A stretch of 64,000 nt of DNA from Hyphomicrobiales bacterium (GCA_021775875.1 JAJFHA010000002.1:230228-294227), one strand, 5' to 3'. Shown: positions 28,164-38,878, counted from the first letter of the stretch. The notes: generated by a model not told the origin, from the letters alone. Numbers and translations: made by a program.

Positions 28164-29342
28164 ATGAGCAAAACTGGTCGACAAAATCGCCAGGGTTTCG
28201 CGACCCGCTCCATTCATGCGGGCCAGGAACCGGACCCGACAACCGGGGCGATCATGACGCCGATCTATGCGACTTCGACGTATGTTCAGGAAAGCCCGGG
28301 AGTTCACAAGGGCTATGAATATAGCCGTACCAAAAACCCGACCCGGGCGGCCTATGAAGCCTGTCTGGCCGATTTGGAAGATGGCACCCACGGATTTGCA
28401 TTCGGGTCCGGATTGGCGGCGACCGGGACAATTCTCGAATTGCTCGATGCCGGCGCGCATATTGTGGCCGGGGACGACCTTTATGGCGGTACTTATCGGT
28501 TGTTTGAAAATGTTCGCAAGCGCACCGCTGGTCTCGATTTTTCCTTCGTTGATTTTTCCAGTGCGGAGGCGATTGAAGCCGCGATCCGTCCCGAAACCGC
28601 GATGATTTGGCTGGAAACCCCGACCAACCCGCTGCTCAAGGTATATGATCTGGAAATGGTTGCCGGTATTGGCCGCAAGCACGGCATCCTGACGGTTTGC
28701 GATAATACCTTTTGCAGCCCGGTGGTGCAGCGCCCGTTAAATCATGGCATCGATATCGTCATGCATTCTGCGACCAAATATCTCAATGGCCATTCTGATA
28801 TTGTTGGTGGCATTATTGTGGTGGATGAGGGTGGTCGCAACCCGGATTTGGCCGAGCGGTTGGCTTATCTGCAAAATGCGGTTGGCAGTGTGCCAGGACC
28901 ATTTGACTCGTTCCTTGTTTTGCGGTCGCTGAAAACACTTTCCTTGAGGCTTGAACGGCATTGTGAAAACGCCCTAGAGGTCGCCCATTGGCTGGAGGCG
29001 CACGAAAAAATAGACCGGGTTTATTATCCGGGGCTTGAATCCCACGCCAGTCACGATCTGGCCAAGCGGCAGATGCACGGATTTGGCGGCATGGTAACGG
29101 CCGTCATCAAAGGCGGGCTGGAGCCTGCGCGCAGATTCTTGGAGCGGTGCCAGATATTCGCGCTGGCGGAAAGTCTCGGCGGTGTCGAAAGCCTGATCGA
29201 ACATCCGGCAATCATGACACATGCCTCGATCCCGGCTGAAATTCGCGCCGACCTTGGCATTGATGATGGGCTGGTGCGGCTCTCGGTCGGCGTTGAAAAT
29301 GTAGAAGACCTGATTGACGATCTGGCGCAGGCTTTGGCCTGA
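28164..29342 (+). CDS. Cys/Met-metabolism PLP enzyme (cystathionine gamma-lyase / gamma-synthase family)
   Basis: 392 aa. YSRTKNPT and PLP-Lys motif HSATKYLNGHSD. AGGAGAGAGA RBS. Confidence 0.85.
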   Translation: MSKTGRQNRQGFATRSIHAGQEPDPTTGAIMTPIYATSTYVQESPGVHKGYEYSRTKNPTRAAYEACLADLEDGTHGFAFGSGLAATGTILELLDAGAHIVAGDDLYGGTYRLFENVRKRTAGLDFSFVDFSSAEAIEAAIRPETAMIWLETPTNPLLKVYDLEMVAGIGRKHGILTVCDNTFCSPVVQRPLNHGIDIVMHSATKYLNGHSDIVGGIIVVDEGGRNPDLAERLAYLQNAVGSVPGPFDSFLVLRSLKTLSLRLERHCENALEVAHWLEAHEKIDRVYYPGLESHASHDLAKRQMHGFGGMVTAVIKGGLEPARRFLERCQIFALAESLGGVESLIEHPAIMTHASIPAEIRADLGIDDGLVRLSVGVENVEDLIDDLAQALA

Positions 29343-29423
29343 TCGACTCTGCTTCTTGTCTTGCGTGTGCTTTAATGGGTAATCCATAATTCAGGCGCGG
29401 GCAAAAAGAGGGCGTGCCAGGTC

Positions 29424-30599
29424 ATGAAAAATCTTCGCTTTGCGATTTCGCCGCTATTGCTGATAGTCACCATTGGAACCTTTTTTATCGGTGGTTACTG
29501 GCTTTGGACAGGGTTTCTGTTTGTGACAATGTTACCCCGTTTGGGTGATTTGGTTTTGGGCGATGAAGCTGAAACACATGATTCCGGACCCAAATGGCTG
29601 ATGGAAATCTTCCATTTTTCCATAATACCGCTTTTGGCTATTCTATCTTTGATGCTGCTCTATTATGTAGGTGGAGCTTCCATGAATTGGCTAGAAACAC
29701 CTGCCGGGTGGATTGGCGCTAACATCGCAAGCGCTCGCTCGCATACCGGGTTTGGAGGCTTACTGGGCGGCGTGCTGTCGCTTGCCTTTTTTCAAGGGTC
29801 TGCCGGGGTGATTGTCGGGCATGAATTTATGCACCGCGCCGCCAATCCAGTCTTTCGGTGGTTGGGATTATGGATGATCGCGCCGACGGGGTTTGTGGCT
29901 TTCGCGCTTGAGCATGTCAGAGGGCACCATCTCAATGTGGGTATCCCAGGTGATCCTGAAACCGCGAACCGGGGCATCGGGTTTTGGCGTTTTATGGTTG
30001 AGAATATTATCGCCACCAACCGCGATGCGCTGGTTCGGGAACGCGACCGCTTGCGCCGGGCTGGAATTCATTGGTTGTGTTTCAGAAACCGGCTGTTCCA
30101 TGGGTTCGCGTTATCATTTTTGATTGCGGGCCTTTTTGCGCTGGCTGCCGGTTGGTCCGGGCTTTTGGTCTTTGCCATAATTGCAGGCATTGGTTCGATC
30201 TGTATAACGCTCTTTGCTTATATCGCTCATTACGGTCTGGTCCGGGTTCCGGGAACCCGGATCGAAGCGCGGCATTCGTGGAATTCATATAAATTCTGGT
30301 CGTCAAGTTCGATGTTCAATCTGATGCGCCATGCCGACCATCATCAGCACGGCAATCGGCCATATTGGAAGTTGGAATCGAGGACTGAATGCCCGGTTTT
30401 TCCTTACGGGGCGACTATAATGGCTGGAATTGCACTTTTCCCACCACTCTGGAGGCGCGTTCTGGCTGGTCCTTTGGCGAACTGGGACGCACATTTAGCG
30501 ACGGGCGATGAACTGCGATTGTTGCGGCAAGTGGAAATCATTCGAAATGCTTGCGCCGAAGCCCATGATTTGCAAGGTTTCGGCAACAAAATACATTAG
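29424..30599 (+). CDS. alkB: AlkB-family integral-membrane alkane 1-monooxygenase / fatty-acid-desaturase-type di-iron hydroxylase
   Basis: 391 aa. His boxes HEFMHR, EHVRGHH and [10 protein letters not shown], plus the HYG-type motif AYIAHYGL. Several TM helices. Confidence 0.8.
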   Translation: MKNLRFAISPLLLIVTIGTFFIGGYWLWTGFLFVTMLPRLGDLVLGDEAETHDSGPKWLMEIFHFSIIPLLAILSLMLLYYVGGASMNWLETPAGWIGANIASARSHTGFGGLLGGVLSLAFFQGSAGVIVGHEFMHRAANPVFRWLGLWMIAPTGFVAFALEHVRGHHLNVGIPGDPETANRGIGFWRFMVENIIATNRDALVRERDRLRRAGIHWLCFRNRLFHGFALSFLIAGLFALAAGWSGLLVFAIIAGIGSICITLFAYIAHYGLVRVPGTRIEARHSWNSYKFWSSSSMFNLMRHADHHQHGNRPYWKLESRTECPVFPYGATIMAGIALFPPLWRRVLAGPLANWDAHLATGDELRLLRQVEIIRNACAEAHDLQGFGNKIH

Positions 30600-30615
30600 G
30601 TACGGGGAGCGAATA

Positions 30616-31725
30616 ATGGACGTCAAGGCAGCGATTGCAACAAAAGCGGGTGAACCGCTTGAAATAACCACGGTCCAGCTTGAAGGCCCGCGCGAAGGCG
30701 AAGTGCTGGTTGAAATCAAGGCAACCGGCATTTGCCATACCGATGAATTCACGCTGTCCGGGGCTGATCCGGAAGGCATATTCCCGGCCATTCTAGGGCA
30801 TGAAGGTGCTGGTATTGTCGTTGACATCGGCCCCGGCGTGACCAGTCTCAAAAAGGGTGACCATGTTATCCCACTCTATACGCCGGAATGCCGGGAATGC
30901 GATTATTGCACTTCGGGCAAGACCAATCTCTGCCAGAAAATCCGGGTTACCCAGGGCGCAGGCGTGATGCCTGATGGGACCTCACGGTTCTCGATCAATG
31001 GCGAAAAGATTTTTCATTATATGGGCACGTCGACCTTCGCGAACTTCACGGTCGTGCCTGAAATTGCTTTGGCCAAGGTGCGTGAAGACGCACCTTTCGA
31101 CAAAATTTGTTATATCGGTTGCGGGGTGACAACCGGCATTGGTGCAGTAATCAACACAGCCAAAGTGCAACCCGGTGACAATGTGGTCATTTTCGGCCTT
31201 GGTGGCATCGGTCTCAATGTGGTTCAGGGCGCGCGGATTGCCGGCGCTGACATGATTATCGGGGTTGACCTGAACCCGGCCCGCAAGGCGATGGCCGAGA
31301 AGTTCGGCATGACCCATTTCGTCAACCCGAATGAAGTTGAAGGCGATCTGGTTCCCTATCTGGTGGATCTGACCAAGGGCGGGGCGGATTATTCGTTTGA
31401 ATGTATCGGCAACGTCAATGTTATGCGTGACGCACTTGAATGCTGTCACAAGGGGTGGGGCACGTCGATCATAATCGGGGTGGCACCGGCGGGGGCTGAA
31501 ATTTCAACCCGCCCGTTCCAGCTTGTTACAGGGCGTAATTGGCGCGGCACCGCGTTTGGTGGTGCCAAAGGGCGAACCGATGTGCCTAAAATCGTTGACT
31601 GGTACATGGACGGCAAGATCAATATCGATGATTTGATCACCCACACCATGCCACTGGAAGATATCAACAAGGGGTTTGATCTGATGCATGCCGGCGAGAG
31701 CATTCGCTCCGTGGTGATTTACTGA
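30616..31725 (+). CDS. frmA: S-(hydroxymethyl)glutathione dehydrogenase / class III alcohol dehydrogenase
   Basis: Start placed at Met37 (MDVKAAIA) behind GGGGAG. The listed 30508 start would overlap alk[15 protein letters not shown], CxxC..C structural-Zn cluster [22 protein letters not shown]. Confidence 0.9.
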   Translation: MDVKAAIATKAGEPLEITTVQLEGPREGEVLVEIKATGICHTDEFTLSGADPEGIFPAILGHEGAGIVVDIGPGVTSLKKGDHVIPLYTPECRECDYCTSGKTNLCQKIRVTQGAGVMPDGTSRFSINGEKIFHYMGTSTFANFTVVPEIALAKVREDAPFDKICYIGCGVTTGIGAVINTAKVQPGDNVVIFGLGGIGLNVVQGARIAGADMIIGVDLNPARKAMAEKFGMTHFVNPNEVEGDLVPYLVDLTKGGADYSFECIGNVNVMRDALECCHKGWGTSIIIGVAPAGAEISTRPFQLVTGRNWRGTAFGGAKGRTDVPKIVDWYMDGKINIDDLITHTMPLEDINKGFDLMHAGESIRSVVIY

Positions 31726-32132
31726 TGACCCGGGCGCTCAAGGTTTTTCTGGTTGCTGCAAGTTTTGTATTCGCCGCAACCGGTGTTTTCGCAAGTCCGG
31801 TTGGCATCTACGATGTGGTTGGGACCAACCCGGATAATAATGGTGAATATACCGGAATTGTTACCGTAACTCGGACCGGTGAAACCTATCAGGTTATCTG
31901 GGATGTGTCCGGGACCCGGTTTATCGGCACCGGGCTTGGTGCGGTCATTCAAAACAACCAGTTTTTGATTGGCCCGGCGGACAAGAATGATATCGCCATT
32001 TCGGTTGGCTATACATCTGGAAACTCGTTCGGGATGGCGATGTATTTTCTAAAAGAGGATGGACGTTGGGAAGGCGTCTGGACATCGGGTGGCAGCAGGA
32101 ATATCGCTACAGAAACCTGGTATCCGCGGTAA
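31725..32132 (+). CDS. Hypothetical secreted protein embedded in the frmA-frmB operon
   Basis: 135 aa. The ATG overlaps the frmA stop (TGATG). Signal peptide [23 protein letters not shown]. No family recognised. Confidence 0.5.
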   Translation: MTRALKVFLVAASFVFAATGVFASPVGIYDVVGTNPDNNGEYTGIVTVTRTGETYQVIWDVSGTRFIGTGLGAVIQNNQFLIGPADKNDIAISVGYTSGNSFGMAMYFLKEDGRWEGVWTSGGSRNIATETWYPR

Positions 32133-32135
32133 ATC

Positions 32136-32981
32136 ATGACACAAGACCTTGAAACCATATCCCGCTGGCGGTCCCATGGCGGGTGGCAATCGGTATATTC
32201 GCATCAGTCAGAAGTTTGCGCCTGTCCGATGACTTTTGCAGTTTACGAGCCGCCTCAGGCGAAGGACGGGCCGTGTCCGGTTCTTTATTATCTGTCGGGG
32301 CTGACCTGCAGCCACGCCAACGTCATGGAAAAGGGCGAATATCGCCGCGCTGCTGCCGAGCATGGCATAATAATCGTATGCCCGGATACCAGCCCGCGCG
32401 GCGATCACGTTGCCGATGAAGACGTATATTTTTTCGGCTCCGGTGCCGGCTTTTACGTCGATGCGACGCAGGCCCCGTTCAGCGCCAATTACCAGATGTA
32501 TTCCTATATTGTGGATGAACTCCCAGGAATTATCGCTGGCTTTAACCAGGCGGACACCGCGCGAACTTCGATCTTTGGTCATTCCATGGGCGGCCATGGC
32601 GCCATTACGATGTCGCTGAGAAACCCCGGCAAATACCGCTCGGTTTCGGCCTTCGCGCCGATTTGTGCCCCAAGCGGTATTGAATGGGGGCGCAACGCCT
32701 TTTCAAAATATCTCGGTGCTGATGAAACCAAATGGCGGACCTATGATTCCGTGGCGCTGATTGAAGATGGTCACCGGGTTGATGAAATTCTGGTTGACCA
32801 GGGGTTGGGCGATGAATTTCTCGACGCGGGCCTGCATCCAAATCTGCTGGAAGACGCCTGTAAATCCGCTGGAATTCCCATGGATCTCAATTTGCGGGAT
32901 GACTATGACCATTCGTATTTTTTCATTTCCAGCTTTATGGCAAGCCATATTGCGTGGCACGCCGAGCGGCTGAGGGGATAA
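32136..32981 (+). CDS. frmB: S-formylglutathione hydrolase (esterase D)
   Basis: 281 aa. YLSGLTC, nucleophile elbow GHSMGGHGA, and C-terminal DHSYFFI. Confidence 0.9.
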   Translation: MTQDLETISRWRSHGGWQSVYSHQSEVCACPMTFAVYEPPQAKDGPCPVLYYLSGLTCSHANVMEKGEYRRAAAEHGIIIVCPDTSPRGDHVADEDVYFFGSGAGFYVDATQAPFSANYQMYSYIVDELPGIIAGFNQADTARTSIFGHSMGGHGAITMSLRNPGKYRSVSAFAPICAPSGIEWGRNAFSKYLGADETKWRTYDSVALIEDGHRVDEILVDQGLGDEFLDAGLHPNLLEDACKSAGIPMDLNLRDDYDHSYFFISSFMASHIAWHAERLRG

Positions 32982-33172
32982 ATTTCAAAATCAGGAATTG
33001 ACTTCTCCGCCTAGGCACCCCAAATCAGGCCAATAGACACGGTTCACCATGCTTTTAGGCCGTGGCCGAGTATCGTTGAAATGGCGCGCCAAGACGCCTA
33101 TAAACGGCAACAGAGTTTTTAATACGGCCCGTGCGGGGCTGTGTGATAATTGAATTCCAAAAAGGAAGATAT

Positions 33173-34297
33173 ATGCCCTGGAACAATCAAAGCGGTGGTA
33201 GCGGCGGCGGCAATGGCGGCGGCGGTTGGAAAAGCGGCGGCGGCGGTGGTGGCCCGTGGGGCGGCGGCCAGGGTGGACAAGGTCCAACCCCTCCTGATTT
33301 GGAAGAAATGTTGAAACGCGGCCAGGAGCGCCTCAAAAGTGCGCTGCCCGGTGGCTCGATCGGCGGCAAGGGAATTATCATCCTGGCGGCCGTTCTTGTG
33401 CTTGTTTGGCTTGGAAGCGGGTTTTACCGCGTCCAGACAGATCAGCAGGGTGTGGTTTTGCGGTTCGGTGAATTTGTAAAAACCACAACGCCGGGTTTGA
33501 ATTATCATTTGCCCTATCCGATTGAAACGGCGCTCACGCCGAGCGTTACCAATGTCAACCGGCTTGATATCGGCGTGCGCGGCGGCAGTGACCGCAATTC
33601 AGGCGCTGGCAGGGATGTGCCGGAAGAAAGCCTGATGCTGACCGGTGACGAGAATATCGTCGATGTGGATTTCACGGTATTCTGGGTTATTCGGGATGCG
33701 GGCGATTTCCTCTTCAATATCCAGAATCCTGTAGGCACAGTTAAAGCTGTTGCTGAAAGCGCGATGCGTGAAGTTGTTGGCCGTGCCAATATTACACCAT
33801 TGCTCACCAGCGACCGGCCGATCACCGAAGCTGAAGTACAGGAATTGATGCAGACGACGCTGGATGGTTACGGTGCCGGAATTCTGATTACCCAGGTCAC
33901 CTTGCAGAAAGTGGATCCGCCCAGTCAGGTGATCGATTCTTTCCGCGATGTTCAGGCAGCCAAGGCCGACCAGGAACGTGCCCGGAACGAAGCCCAGGCC
34001 TATGCGAACCAGGTGGTTCCTGAAGCCCGTGGTGCAGCAGCACGCGTTGTGCAGGAAGCCGAAGCTTACCGCGAACGCTCAGTTGCCGAAGCCCAGGGTC
34101 AGGCAGATCGTTTTCTCGCAATTTATGAGGAATATGCGAAAGCGCCGGAAGTGACCCGCCAACGCATGTTCCTTGAAACCATGGAACGGGTATTTGGTGG
34201 CATGGACAAAATCATTATCGACGACGATGCGGGCGGGTCTGGTGTTGTGCCTTACCTCTCGCTCAATGAACTCAACAGAAACCGGGGAGACCAGTAA
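33173..34297 (+). CDS. hflK: FtsH protease modulator HflK
   Basis: Start placed at Met15 behind AAGGAAG. Gly-rich N-terminus GGSGGGNGGGGWKSGGGGGGPWGGG, TM helix, SPFH/band-7 domain, Ala/Glu-rich C-terminus. Confidence 0.9.
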   Translation: MPWNNQSGGSGGGNGGGGWKSGGGGGGPWGGGQGGQGPTPPDLEEMLKRGQERLKSALPGGSIGGKGIIILAAVLVLVWLGSGFYRVQTDQQGVVLRFGEFVKTTTPGLNYHLPYPIETALTPSVTNVNRLDIGVRGGSDRNSGAGRDVPEESLMLTGDENIVDVDFTVFWVIRDAGDFLFNIQNPVGTVKAVAESAMREVVGRANITPLLTSDRPITEAEVQELMQTTLDGYGAGILITQVTLQKVDPPSQVIDSFRDVQAAKADQERARNEAQAYANQVVPEARGAAARVVQEAEAYRERSVAEAQGQADRFLAIYEEYAKAPEVTRQRMFLETMERVFGGMDKIIIDDDAGGSGVVPYLSLNELNRNRGDQ

Positions 34298-35202
34298 TGC
34301 GCAGCATTTTTCTTGTTCTGATCGCCGCTTTGGCTTTCCTGGCCTATAATTCGGTATTCATCGTTCAGCAGACTCAACAAGCTTTGGTGCTTCAGTTTGG
34401 TGACCCAAAACGCCAAATCACGGAACCCGGGTTGCAATGGAAAATTCCGTTCGTCCAGAATGTGGTTTTTCTTGATAACCGGATCCTGGATCTGGACTCA
34501 CCAGCCCAGGAAGTCATTGCTTCTGGCCAGAAACGGTTGATTGTGGATGCGTTTGCCCGCTACCGGATCACCGATCCGCTGAAATTTTTCCAGCGCGTTG
34601 TGAGTGTTGAACGAGCTTCAAGTCGGCTCGCTCCTATTTTGAATTCGGCAGTGCGTCGAGTTCTTGGTAACTCCACGTTTGAAGCAATTGTTCGAGACAA
34701 TCGACCGAACTTGATGCGGTTAATTACCGATCAGGTGAACCGCTCGACGCAATCGGGCGAATCTGATTTCGGTGTGACCTTCATTGATGTCAGAATTCGC
34801 CGTGCGGATTTGCCGGAAGCCAATAGCCAGGCGATTTATCGCCGGATGCAGACCGAGCGGCAGCAGGAAGCTGCAGAGCTACGGGCACAAGGCCACGAAT
34901 CTGCGCAACGGGTTCGGGCGCGTTCTGACCGTGATGTGACAGTGCTTTTGGCTAATGCCGATCGTGAATCCCAGCAAACCCGAGGTGAAGGGGATGCTAC
35001 CCGGAATGCGATTTTTGCTGATGCATATGGTAGCGACGCGGAATTCTTTACATTCTATCGCTCCATGCAGGCATATGAAAATGGCCTTCAATCGGGTGAT
35101 ACCCAGATGATCCTTTCGCCAAGCAGCGACTTTTTCCGCTATTTCGGAAATCCAACTGGCGCGGCGTCTGGTGCTTCGGGAGCGCCTATTCGTAGCGAAT
35201 GA
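34297..35202 (+). CDS. hflC: FtsH protease modulator HflC
   Basis: 301 aa. The start overlaps the hflK stop (TAATG). SPFH domain; RRMQTERQQEAAELRAQG. Confidence 0.9.
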   Translation: MRSIFLVLIAALAFLAYNSVFIVQQTQQALVLQFGDPKRQITEPGLQWKIPFVQNVVFLDNRILDLDSPAQEVIASGQKRLIVDAFARYRITDPLKFFQRVVSVERASSRLAPILNSAVRRVLGNSTFEAIVRDNRPNLMRLITDQVNRSTQSGESDFGVTFIDVRIRRADLPEANSQAIYRRMQTERQQEAAELRAQGHESAQRVRARSDRDVTVLLANADRESQQTRGEGDATRNAIFADAYGSDAEFFTFYRSMQAYENGLQSGDTQMILSPSSDFFRYFGNPTGAASGASGAPIRSE

Positions 35203-35384
35203 CCGATTTTCTGGCGGCACTCGGACTTGTGCTCGTCTTTGAAGGGCTGCTTTATGCAGCCTTTCCTGTTTCGATCATGAAAATGCTTGAAGCTTTGAAG
35301 GAACAACCGGTCAGCCGCCTCCGAATTACCGGAATTGTGGTTATGGGTATCGGTATCGCAATTGTGTGGCTCGTGCGGGGCTAG
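35199..35384 (+). CDS. DUF2065-like small membrane protein
   Basis: 61 aa, two TM helices (LAALGLVLVFEGLLYAAFP ... ITGIVVMGIGIAIVWL). ATGA overlap with hflC. This position after hflKC is typical. Confidence 0.6.
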   Translation: MTDFLAALGLVLVFEGLLYAAFPVSIMKMLEALKEQPVSRLRITGIVVMGIGIAIVWLVRG

Positions 35385-35406
35385 GTAGCAGGTAAATTTT
35401 CAGGGA

Positions 35407-36897
35407 GTGGTGCAAACCATGATGACTATTCGAAACCGAATGAATTTTTTGCCTGTCTGGGCCTTGATGCTAACTTTGGCTGTTGGCCTTATGGTCTTTG
35501 CCAATAGTGAAGTTCGGGCGCAGGAACCGGACTCTGTTGCTGACCTCGCTGAAGGATTGCTGGGTGCGGTCGTCAATATATCCACGTCGCAATCTGTTGA
35601 AGGGTCCGGCGGGGTGGAACTGCCTCAGGTGCCGGAAGGATCTCCGTTTCGTGAATTTTTCGACGAATTTTTTGATCGCCAGGAACGCGGCAATGGCCGC
35701 CCCCGTCAGGTCCAGTCTTTGGGCTCAGGATTTGTAATTTCAGCCGATGGTCTCATCGTCACCAATAATCATGTGATTGCGGAAGCCGATGAAATTACCG
35801 CCAATTTCAGTGATGGTCGCCAGCTTAAAGCCGAAGTTGTTGGGCGCGATACCAAAACCGATATTGCCGTTCTGCGCGTAACCCCGGAAGCGCCGTTGCC
35901 GTTTGTTAGCTTTGGAGAATCTGACAATCTCCGCGTTGGTGATTGGGTGATGGCGATCGGCAATCCGTTTGGCCTTGGCGGCACGGTAACGGTGGGGATT
36001 GTTTCCGCCCGTAACCGCAATATCAATTCCGGTCCGTATGATGATTTCATCCAGACCGATGCCGCGATCAATCGTGGCAATTCCGGCGGACCGTTGTTTA
36101 ACTGGCGCGGCGAAGTTGTTGGTATTAATACCGCAATTTTTTCACCTACCGGGGGTTCAGTCGGGATCGGGTTTTCGGTACCGTCGAAAATTGCCGAAGG
36201 TGTTACCCGGCAATTGATCGAATTTGGTGAAACCCGACGCGGTTGGCTCGGGGTTCGCATCCAACAGGTGAATGAGGAAATCGCGGATTCACTCGGCATG
36301 GATCGTGCGCGAGGGGCCCTTGTTGCGGGCGTCAATCCAGATGGACCTGCTGCTGGAACCGGGCTGGAATCTGGTGACGTCATCATCACATTTGCCGGTG
36401 AAGACGTTGCTGAGATGCGCGATCTGCCAAAGATTGTCGCAGCCACAGCGCCAGGGCAAACGGTAGAAGTTATCGTTTTGCGGGATGGAACTGAAATTTC
36501 ATTCAATATTGAAATTGGCCGTCTTGAAACCAGTGATGTGGAACTTGCTGCAAATGAAGAAGTTGAAGAAGACAATCAAAATACGGAACCTGAAGTGGTT
36601 GAAACGCTTGGTCTGAAGCTGGCGAACATATCCAGCGAATTGCGGGCGCAATACGAGATCGGCGAGGATATCACCGGTGTTGTTGTGACTGAAGTTGATC
36701 CGAACAGTGCAGCTGCCGACAAGGGCATTGTTGCAGGTACGGTGATCGTTGAAGTGTCTCAGCGCGAAGTTTCCGCACCTTCTGAAGTTGTGAAACGGGT
36801 TGAAGAGCTTGGCGAAGACGGCCGTCGTTCGGCGCTGCTGCTGCTCTCAAACGGTGTTGGTGATATGCGGTTTGTCGCGGTTCGGTTAGAGAACTAG
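35407..36897 (+). CDS. DegP/DegQ (HtrA, Do-family) periplasmic serine endoprotease with two PDZ domains
   Basis: 496 aa. Signal peptide, catalytic triad contexts TNNHV, DIAVL and GNSGGPL, then two PDZ regions. Confidence 0.9.
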   Translation: MVQTMMTIRNRMNFLPVWALMLTLAVGLMVFANSEVRAQEPDSVADLAEGLLGAVVNISTSQSVEGSGGVELPQVPEGSPFREFFDEFFDRQERGNGRPRQVQSLGSGFVISADGLIVTNNHVIAEADEITANFSDGRQLKAEVVGRDTKTDIAVLRVTPEAPLPFVSFGESDNLRVGDWVMAIGNPFGLGGTVTVGIVSARNRNINSGPYDDFIQTDAAINRGNSGGPLFNWRGEVVGINTAIFSPTGGSVGIGFSVPSKIAEGVTRQLIEFGETRRGWLGVRIQQVNEEIADSLGMDRARGALVAGVNPDGPAAGTGLESGDVIITFAGEDVAEMRDLPKIVAATAPGQTVEVIVLRDGTEISFNIEIGRLETSDVELAANEEVEEDNQNTEPEVVETLGLKLANISSELRAQYEIGEDITGVVVTEVDPNSAAADKGIVAGTVIVEVSQREVSAPSEVVKRVEELGEDGRRSALLLLSNGVGDMRFVAVRLEN

Positions 36898-36909
36898 TTG
36901 CTTTCGCGT

Positions 36910-37800
36910 CTAGCTGGCAAATTCGGTAATCTCGTATCCTTGCAGATAGAGGAGTGCGGTCAGGTCGCCATGAATGATGCTGACCTGCGCTTCTTTTGCA
37001 ACCAAAGGTTTGGCGTGAAAGGCAACGCCTAATCCGGCTTCTCTGATCATCGCCAGGTCGTTTGCGCCATCACCAACAGCTAACGCGGATTCAAGACCGC
37101 CACGGCCCTCTACCAACTCCAAAAGAGCCTGTTTCTTGGCGGTTGCGCCGAGGATTGGTTCCAGCACCTTGCCGGTCAGGGCGTCATCCTTGAATTCAAG
37201 CCGGTTGGCGCGGTTTTCATGAAAGCCGAGTTGCTCCGCAATCGCCTGAGTGAATGGCGTGAACCCGCCTGAGACGAGGGCGCACAAAGCGCCGTTGGCG
37301 GACATTGTGGAGACCAATTGCTTGCCGCCGGGGGAATATGTAAGCCGCGTTGCGATAATCTCGTCGATATCCTGTCGGGAAACGCCACGCAAATGGGAGA
37401 CCCGCTGGCGCAACGCTTCGTTAAACGGGATTTCACCGTTCATCGCTCGCTCTGTAATCGCAGATATCTCTTCACGCAGGCCCAGGGTGGCGGCAATCTC
37501 GTCGATGCATTCCTGTTCGATCATGGTTGAATCCATATCAGCGATCAGGAGTTTTTTACGTCGACCTTGCTCCGGTAGGATTGCCAGATCAATCTGGTGG
37601 GTGCCAACCGCTTGTTGGACCTGTTCTTGCAATCGCTCAATATTGCCCTGTTCGGCATTGATCGGCATCTCACATGCAATATCCGGAGCCAGCCAGCGCA
37701 CTGGTCCGTCAACAGGGATTTCGCGCGTGACCAGATCAATCAAGGATTGATCGAGCGCAGGTGTTGCGGGGTTGGAAATCAGAACCAGAATGTGCGACAT
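36910..37800 (-). CDS. serB: Phosphoserine phosphatase SerB (HAD superfamily)
   Basis: Start placed at Met47 (MSHILVLIS). HAD motif I LIADMDSTMI, motif II VSGGF, motif IV GDGANDL. The listed N-terminal extension would run across the miaA start. Confidence 0.85.
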   Translation of the reverse strand: MSHILVLISNPATPALDQSLIDLVTREIPVDGPVRWLAPDIACEMPINAEQGNIERLQEQVQQAVGTHQIDLAILPEQGRRKKLLIADMDSTMIEQECIDEIAATLGLREEISAITERAMNGEIPFNEALRQRVSHLRGVSRQDIDEIIATRLTYSPGGKQLVSTMSANGALCALVSGGFTPFTQAIAEQLGFHENRANRLEFKDDALTGKVLEPILGATAKKQALLELVEGRGGLESALAVGDGANDLAMIREAGLGVAFHAKPLVAKEAQVSIIHGDLTALLYLQGYEITEFAS

Positions 37801-37825
37801 GTTCGTTGGGGCCGAAGAGGTTGGC

Positions 37826-38707
37826 ATGGAACAGAAACGAGCAATCCTTATTGCAGGACCAACCGCCAGCGGCAAGTCGGCGGTGGCTATTGAATTGGCG
37901 CGCCAACATGATGGCGTGATCATCAACGCCGATTCCATGCAGGTCTATCAGGTGTTACGGATCATCACAGCGTGTCCTGATGACGAAGACCTGAAAGCAG
38001 CCCCGCACCAGCTTTACAGAATTGTATCGCCTTCAGTTCGTTATTCGGTTGGGGCATGGCTAACAGACGTTGCAGCGATTTTGGAAACCGTATTTACGGC
38101 AGGCAAGACGCCCATTTTTGTGGGCGGTACAGGGCTCTATTTGAAGGCCTTGACGGAAGGCCTTGCGGCGATCCCGGATATTCCCGCAGATATAAACGTG
38201 GCTTGGCGAGCGCGAGGAGAAACTGAAGGATTTGAATCACTTCACAAGCTTCTCTCAGAACGTGATTCAATAGCAGCGGCGCGGATAGAACCCGGCGACG
38301 GGCAACGCATTGTCCGGGCATTGGCGGTGCTTGAGGCGACGGGGCGGACTCTGGATTCCTGGCATCAAGAGGAACCTTCGCCGCCTCTGCTACCGCTTGC
38401 TGAATGCGACGCCCGGTATCTCTTGCCGGACCGGGCTGTGCTTTACGCCCGTATTGAGCAACGGCTTGACCACATGGTGGAGCAGGGGGCGCTGGCTGAG
38501 ATTGAAGCGCTTATGGCTCTGGAGCTCGACCCCACACTGCCTGCAATGAAGGCGCTTGGAATTCCTCGGTTTATCGCCATGCTGCGCGGTGACCTTGATC
38601 AGGAAGACGCCATGCGTTTGGCCAAGACCGATACCCGCCAATATGCCAAGCGGCAATTAACCTGGTGCCGTCACCAGATGACGGCGTGGCAGAAACAGGA
38701 AATCTGA
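37826..38707 (+). CDS. miaA: tRNA dimethylallyltransferase MiaA
   Basis: Start placed at Met19 (MEQKRAILIAGPTASGKS) behind GAAGAGG. P-loop GPTASGKS, ADSMQVY, GGTGLY. Confidence 0.9.
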   Translation: MEQKRAILIAGPTASGKSAVAIELARQHDGVIINADSMQVYQVLRIITACPDDEDLKAAPHQLYRIVSPSVRYSVGAWLTDVAAILETVFTAGKTPIFVGGTGLYLKALTEGLAAIPDIPADINVAWRARGETEGFESLHKLLSERDSIAAARIEPGDGQRIVRALAVLEATGRTLDSWHQEEPSPPLLPLAECDARYLLPDRAVLYARIEQRLDHMVEQGALAEIEALMALELDPTLPAMKALGIPRFIAMLRGDLDQEDAMRLAKTDTRQYAKRQLTWCRHQMTAWQKQEI

Positions 38708-38736
38708 TCCAGATGGAGGTCTGGTCGGATATTTAC

Positions 38737-38765
38737 TTGACGCAAAAAAAGTGTCTGTCTATTGT
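38737..38765 (+). promoter_or_regulatory. Candidate sigma70-type promoter of the ilv leader
   Basis: TTGACG (38737-38742), 17-nt spacer, TATTGT (38760-38765), about 35 nt upstream of the leader ATG. Confidence 0.35.
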
Positions 38766-38799
38766 CCGCAGCGAAGCAGACAAATTGGAGCGCTTTATT

Positions 38800-38856
38800 A
38801 TGCGCAAGGAAATTGTGGTACTCGTTATAAGGCGCATCGCCGTGTCCAGCAGATAA
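38800..38856 (+). CDS. ilv operon leader peptide (branched-chain-amino-acid-rich)
   Basis: GGAG RBS 9 nt upstream. Encodes MRKEIVVLVIRRIAVSSR*, with 8 of 18 residues Ile/Val/Leu. Followed by an intrinsic terminator before ilvB. Confidence 0.55.
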   Translation: MRKEIVVLVIRRIAVSSR

Positions 38857-38878
38857 GCTGACACGAATGGTGATGCGC

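Noticed and set aside
27987-28682. 231-aa minus-strand ORF overlapping the start of the cystathionine gamma-lyase-family gene
   Set aside because: Antisense to a gene with a clear PLP-Lys motif and a strong RBS. The translation is Arg/Gly-rich with no recognisable domain.
35769-36575. 268-aa minus-strand ORF inside degP
   Set aside because: Antisense shadow ORF. Low-complexity Ser/Pro/Thr/Ala-rich translation, while the plus strand encodes the catalytic triad and PDZ domains.
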